From Longimicrobiales bacterium (GTDB lineage Bacteria; Gemmatimonadota; Gemmatimonadetes; Longimicrobiales; Gaopeijiaceae), in NCBI GenBank assembly GCA_965197725.1, contig CBDANQ010000037.1:1-20284 (forward strand): a stretch of DNA of 20,284 nucleotides, in the 5' to 3' direction. A model generated the notes under the pieces. That model had not been told where the DNA came from. It did not search any database and saw only the letters and a program-made list of their open reading frames with translations. This document shows positions 16,465 through 20,284 of this stretch, piece by piece (within the stretch, counting starts at the first letter, position 1; the number at the start of each line of letters is the position of its first letter). The position numbers were made by a program, and so were the translations under genes.

Positions 16465-17229
16465 ATGAGACCCTATGTGCCCGCGATTCCACGCATTCCG
16501 TGGACTGGCACGTTCGTGCCCATGGCCTGCGCGTCACTGGCCCTCGTGCTTGCGGCGCTCGCAGGGTGTGAAGATGCGACGACCGACCCGCTGGCTCGCA
16601 TGGTTGCGGAGGAAACCGCGGGGGCGCTGGCACTCGGGGTCGACCTTCCCCATGCGGGCTCGTGGACCGTGCCGGATGACGCGGCTCCCGAGTTGGCGGA
16701 CGCCGTCGTGCGCTGGCTGACCTCGTGGGACCTTCCCGGTGACGAAGGTCGAGGGGTTCGCAGCCTGACATACGGGCCGCTGGCGATGCTCTTCGTTCCG
16801 CAATTCGGCCGCGGCGGCATTGGCGAGCAACTCGACCGACTTGCCGAAGGGGTGAGACGCGCCTTGGAGCTACCTGAGGTTCAGCTTCCGGAGCGCATCC
16901 GCGTCCGTATATGGGAAGCCTCGAATGCGCACGCGCTGGCGTGGGACGCGCTCCGGGCCGAGAATCTCCAGGACGCGATGGTGCAATTGCTCACAGGGTC
17001 TGATGCGCTCCGCGAGGTTGGACCCGAAGCGGTCGCGCGCACGATGGTGTCCGAAGTGGACGTCGAACGCCGAAGTATCTCGGCAGGTGACAGGTACTCT
17101 GAACAAGATATCGAGCGTCTCGACCGTCTGCTTCAGGGCGGGCGTGAAGCTCTGTCGCAGCAGGACTGGGTGCGCGCGATCAGGCGGGCATACTACGCCA
17201 GAGGCCTGATGGCGTCGGGAGGCGCTTGA
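16465..17229 (+). CDS. Hypothetical lipoprotein, helical
   Basis: Hydrophobic signal ending in lipobox LAGC; fills the region upstream of nfeD; exact start uncertain. Confidence 0.75.
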   Translation: MRPYVPAIPRIPWTGTFVPMACASLALVLAALAGCEDATTDPLARMVAEETAGALALGVDLPHAGSWTVPDDAAPELADAVVRWLTSWDLPGDEGRGVRSLTYGPLAMLFVPQFGRGGIGEQLDRLAEGVRRALELPEVQLPERIRVRIWEASNAHALAWDALRAENLQDAMVQLLTGSDALREVGPEAVARTMVSEVDVERRSISAGDRYSEQDIERLDRLLQGGREALSQQDWVRAIRRAYYARGLMASGGA

Positions 17230-17264
17230 ATTCAAGTGGGACGTCGTCTGGGAGGGACCGAACC

Positions 17265-18644
17265 ATGAAACGCCGCCAACGTGTGTTTCTCCTCGCCTTT
17301 GCTGTCGTGCTCGGACCACTCGCCATGCCGATTCCGGCCCAAGACCGGCAAACGGTCTACCGCGTGCCCGTCACGGGCGTGATCGAGCTCGGTCTGGCTC
17401 CTTACATCGAGCGTAGCGTGCGCGAGGCCGCTGCCGCGGGCGCCAGCGCGATCGTGCTCGACATCGATACGCCGGGTGGCCGCGTGGACGCCGCAGAACG
17501 CATCGCGGACGCGCTCTCCGACTCCGAAGTCCCCGTGTATTCCCTGGTGAATCGGCGTGCCTTCTCGGCGGGCGCGCTCATCGCTCTCTCGACGTCGCGC
17601 ATCTACATGAGGCCCGGATCGGTCATCGGCGCCGCGACCCCGGTCGACGGTTCCGGTAAGAAGGCCCCCGAGAAGATCGTGTCCGCGATGCGCAGCGAGA
17701 TGCGCGCGCTCGCGGAAGCTCAGGGTCTCGACCCGACCGTCGCAGCCGCGATGGTGGATGAGGACGTGCAGATCGACGGTGTCGTGGAGTCGGGCAAGCT
17801 GCTGACGCTCACCACCACGGAGGCCGTCGCGCTCGACTATGCCGTGGAGATCGAGGACCTGGAAGCGCTGCTCACGGCGCTCGGGTACGGTGGGGCGGAT
17901 GTGGTGACGTCCGAGATCAACTGGGCCGAGCGGATCGTGCGTTTTTTCTCTCACCCGGTCGTTGCTCCATTCCTGCTATCCCTCGGATTCCTGGGGCTGA
18001 TTGCGGAGATCAAGACACCCTCGTTCGGGATGGCCGGTGCGGCAGGCCTGCTCTCGCTGAGCCTCTTCTTCGGATCGCATCTGATCGTCGGGCTGGCGGG
18101 CCTCGAGGATGTGCTAGTCTTTGGTGCTGGGTTGCTGCTGTTGGGCGTGGAGGTTGTCATCATACCTGGCTTCGGGCTCTTCGGGCTGGCCGGAATCGCC
18201 GCGGTGCTCATCGGTTTGTTCATGAGCCTGTTGGGGTCGGTTTCGACGATGTCTGATTACACGACGGCCGGCATGGTCCTGGCGACGTCCGCGTTGCTGA
18301 ACCTTGTCTCGGCGTGGGTCCTCGTTCGCTCGCTCCCGCGCAGCTCGAGGTTGGCGAAGAGCGGGATCTTCCTGCTGCAGCGGACCGACCGCTCGATCGG
18401 GTACGAGTCCGCCGAGGTACGTGACGACTTGGTAGGCACGCTCGGTACCGCGATCACGGACCTCCGCCCGGCCGGTACGGCGATGTTCGGTGACGAGCGG
18501 ATCGACGTCGTGTCCGAGTCCGAGTGGATCACCGAAGGGACGCCTGTGCGCGTCATCAGCGCGGAGGGATACCGCCATATCGTTCGGCCCGTGGCCGCCG
18601 ATGAGGCGGAGGGGTCTGAAGGCAATGCGAACAACACACACTGA
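17265..18644 (+). CDS. nfeD: NfeD family membrane-bound ClpP-class serine protease (long form)
   Basis: GGAGGG then ATG at 17265; signal peptide; IDTPGG, AFSAGALIA, GKLLTLT, a multi-TM region and C-terminal TDLRPAG...G..V.V. Confidence 0.9.
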   Translation: MKRRQRVFLLAFAVVLGPLAMPIPAQDRQTVYRVPVTGVIELGLAPYIERSVREAAAAGASAIVLDIDTPGGRVDAAERIADALSDSEVPVYSLVNRRAFSAGALIALSTSRIYMRPGSVIGAATPVDGSGKKAPEKIVSAMRSEMRALAEAQGLDPTVAAAMVDEDVQIDGVVESGKLLTLTTTEAVALDYAVEIEDLEALLTALGYGGADVVTSEINWAERIVRFFSHPVVAPFLLSLGFLGLIAEIKTPSFGMAGAAGLLSLSLFFGSHLIVGLAGLEDVLVFGAGLLLLGVEVVIIPGFGLFGLAGIAAVLIGLFMSLLGSVSTMSDYTTAGMVLATSALLNLVSAWVLVRSLPRSSRLAKSGIFLLQRTDRSIGYESAEVRDDLVGTLGTAITDLRPAGTAMFGDERIDVVSESEWITEGTPVRVISAEGYRHIVRPVAADEAEGSEGNANNTH

Positions 18645-18657
18645 CTGAGGTTTTGCA

Positions 18658-19653
18658 ATGGACGAGCAGTTATGGGCGTTCCAGCTATTCGCGATCGTCA
18701 CCGTCATCATCGGCATATCCGTCGTCCTTTGGGCGATTCCGGTCCGACTGTGGATCGAGGCCGTCTCCGCGGGTGTCAGCGTGGGCATCGGCTCCCTGAT
18801 CGGCATGCGCCTGCGCAAGGTGACTCCGGCAGCGGTGGTCCGTCCCCTCATTACGGCGACCAAAGCTGGCCTCGATCTGGACATCAACGCGCTCGAGGCA
18901 CACTACCTCGCCGGCGGCCGTGTAGATCGGGTGGTCGGTGCGCTCATCAGCGCCGACAAGGCGTCGATCGAGTTGGTCTTCAATCAGGCCGCGGCGATCG
19001 ACCTCGCCGGACGGGACGTGCTCGAGGCCGTGCAAGTTTCGGTCAACCCGAAGGTCATCAACACGCCGAAGGTGGCGGCGATGGCCAAAGACGGCATTCA
19101 GCTCATCGCCATCGCGCGCGTGACCGTGCGTGCGAACATCAACCGACTCGTCGGCGGCGCCGGCGAGGAGACGATCCTGGCACGTGTCGGTGAAGGAATC
19201 GTATCCACCATCGGCTCAGCGGGCTCGCACAAGAAAGTTCTCGAGAACCCGGATGCGATCTCCAAGACCGTGCTTGCGAAGGGTCTGGATTCGGGGACCG
19301 CGTTCGAGATCCTGTCCATCGACATCGCGGACGTGGACGTGGGCAAGAACATCGGCGCCGAGCTCCAGACCGATCAGGCCGAGGCGGACAAGCGCGTCGC
19401 TCAGGCACGCGCCGAAGAGCGCCGTGCGATGGCGGTCGCGAAGGAACAGGAAATGAAGGCGCTGGTCGGCGAGATGAAGGCCGAGGTCGTGAAGGCCGAC
19501 GCGCAGGTTCCGCTCGCGCTCGCCGAGGCATTCCGGGAGGGGCATCTCGGGGTGATGGACTACATGCGGTACAAGAACATCCAGGCGGACACATCGATGA
19601 GGCGAGCGATCGCGGGGCCTGATGAGGGCGGCTCGGCCCCTCCCCCGGAGTAG
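18658..19653 (+). CDS. floA: Flotillin-like protein FloA (YqfA family)
   Basis: [62 protein letters not shown] and QAEADK. Confidence 0.95.
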   Translation: MDEQLWAFQLFAIVTVIIGISVVLWAIPVRLWIEAVSAGVSVGIGSLIGMRLRKVTPAAVVRPLITATKAGLDLDINALEAHYLAGGRVDRVVGALISADKASIELVFNQAAAIDLAGRDVLEAVQVSVNPKVINTPKVAAMAKDGIQLIAIARVTVRANINRLVGGAGEETILARVGEGIVSTIGSAGSHKKVLENPDAISKTVLAKGLDSGTAFEILSIDIADVDVGKNIGAELQTDQAEADKRVAQARAEERRAMAVAKEQEMKALVGEMKAEVVKADAQVPLALAEAFREGHLGVMDYMRYKNIQADTSMRRAIAGPDEGGSAPPPE

Positions 19654-19665
19654 AGGGCGCAAGCG

Positions 19666-20284
19666 ATGGACGGCCTGATCTTCATCGTGGTCATCATCCT
19701 CTTCTCGCTCCTCGAGGGCGTTCTCCGGAAGCAGAAGGCCCGACGGGCCCTGCCGCCCGGACAGGCGCCTGAGGAGGGGCAGTACGATCCCACCCAGGAG
19801 GAGCAGTACGTGCCGACGTACGACGCCCAGCCCTCCTACGACGATCGCCTCTCATACGACGAGCCACCCTCGTACGACGACCAGATCGACGACGACATTC
19901 CGGAGTACTCGAATCCTTACAGGACTGTGTCGCGGTCGACCCCGGCCCCGCCGGAGACGTTGATCCCGAAAGACGTCTGGGAAGAAATCGCCGGACTCGT
20001 GTCCGGCGTACGACCGAGCGCCTTGCCCGCCGAGCCCGAGCCGCGGAGCGAGGCCACGACCGTAGCACGTCCGGCGTCCTACCAGCCGACTCCAGAGCAG
20101 GAGCACGTGGTGCACCGCGCCCATGTGGGCTACGGAACGGACCCTTCCTCACGGGCGCCTTCGGAACAGGACGGGTTGGATCCGCTCGCGGAGCGCCTCG
20201 CTGCGGACGCCGGGGCAGTACACGAAGTGTTATCGAGCCGGGACCCGCACGCGCTCCGGCAGGCGATCATTTTGCAAGAAGTTC
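19666..20284 (+). CDS. Membrane-anchored low-complexity protein following floA (YqfB-like position); 3' end outside the window
   Basis: Not in the ORF track because there is no stop in the window. Open frame MDGLIFIVVIILFSLLEGVLRKQK ... LRQAIILQEV with an N-terminal TM and an acidic/Pro-rich linker. Confidence 0.8.
   Translation, partial: MDGLIFIVVIILFSLLEGVLRKQKARRALPPGQAPEEGQYDPTQEEQYVPTYDAQPSYDDRLSYDEPPSYDDQIDDDIPEYSNPYRTVSRSTPAPPETLIPKDVWEEIAGLVSGVRPSALPAEPEPRSEATTVARPASYQPTPEQEHVVHRAHVGYGTDPSSRAPSEQDGLDPLAERLAADAGAVHEVLSSRDPHALRQAIILQEV
19816..19887 (+). repeat. Four degenerate 18-bp tandem units encoding (S/T)YDxxx
   Basis: TYDAQP SYDDRL SYDEPP SYDDQI; TACGAC recurs every 18 bp. Confidence 0.75.

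Noticed and set aside
1..20284. CRISPR arrays, tRNA or rRNA genes
   Set aside because: No regularly spaced repeats with unique spacers and no cloverleaf or rRNA-like sequence seen in any intergenic region.

Overview
GC-rich bacterial chromosomal window. It carries a plus-strand acyl-CoA catabolic operon: a split B12 acyl-CoA mutase with isobutyryl-CoA-mutase-type residues, a carboxyltransferase, an AtuA-like pair, a crotonase, a small membrane protein, recQ and an acyl-CoA dehydrogenase. These are followed by an Rne/Rng nuclease, rplU-rpmA, a lytic transglycosylase, a chorismate mutase, a lipoprotein and an nfeD-floA-yqfB-like operon. The main accessory feature is a 2733-bp IS1-family passenger-carrying element (7874-10606; 22-bp terminal inverted repeats, 8-bp target duplication CGCGGGGC). 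It inserted into recQ and cut off the four-cysteine zinc-binding tail. The element carries a HicB-like gene, a frameshifted HicA-like gene, the transposase, a ~260-bp hairpin-dense non-coding region with a uORF, a coiled-coil/winged-helix-like gene and a small basic KGG-type protein. A deletion scar at 16020-16250 joins a frameshifted crotonase N-terminus to a thiolase motif. All family calls come from motif recognition by eye; no searches or folding programs were run.
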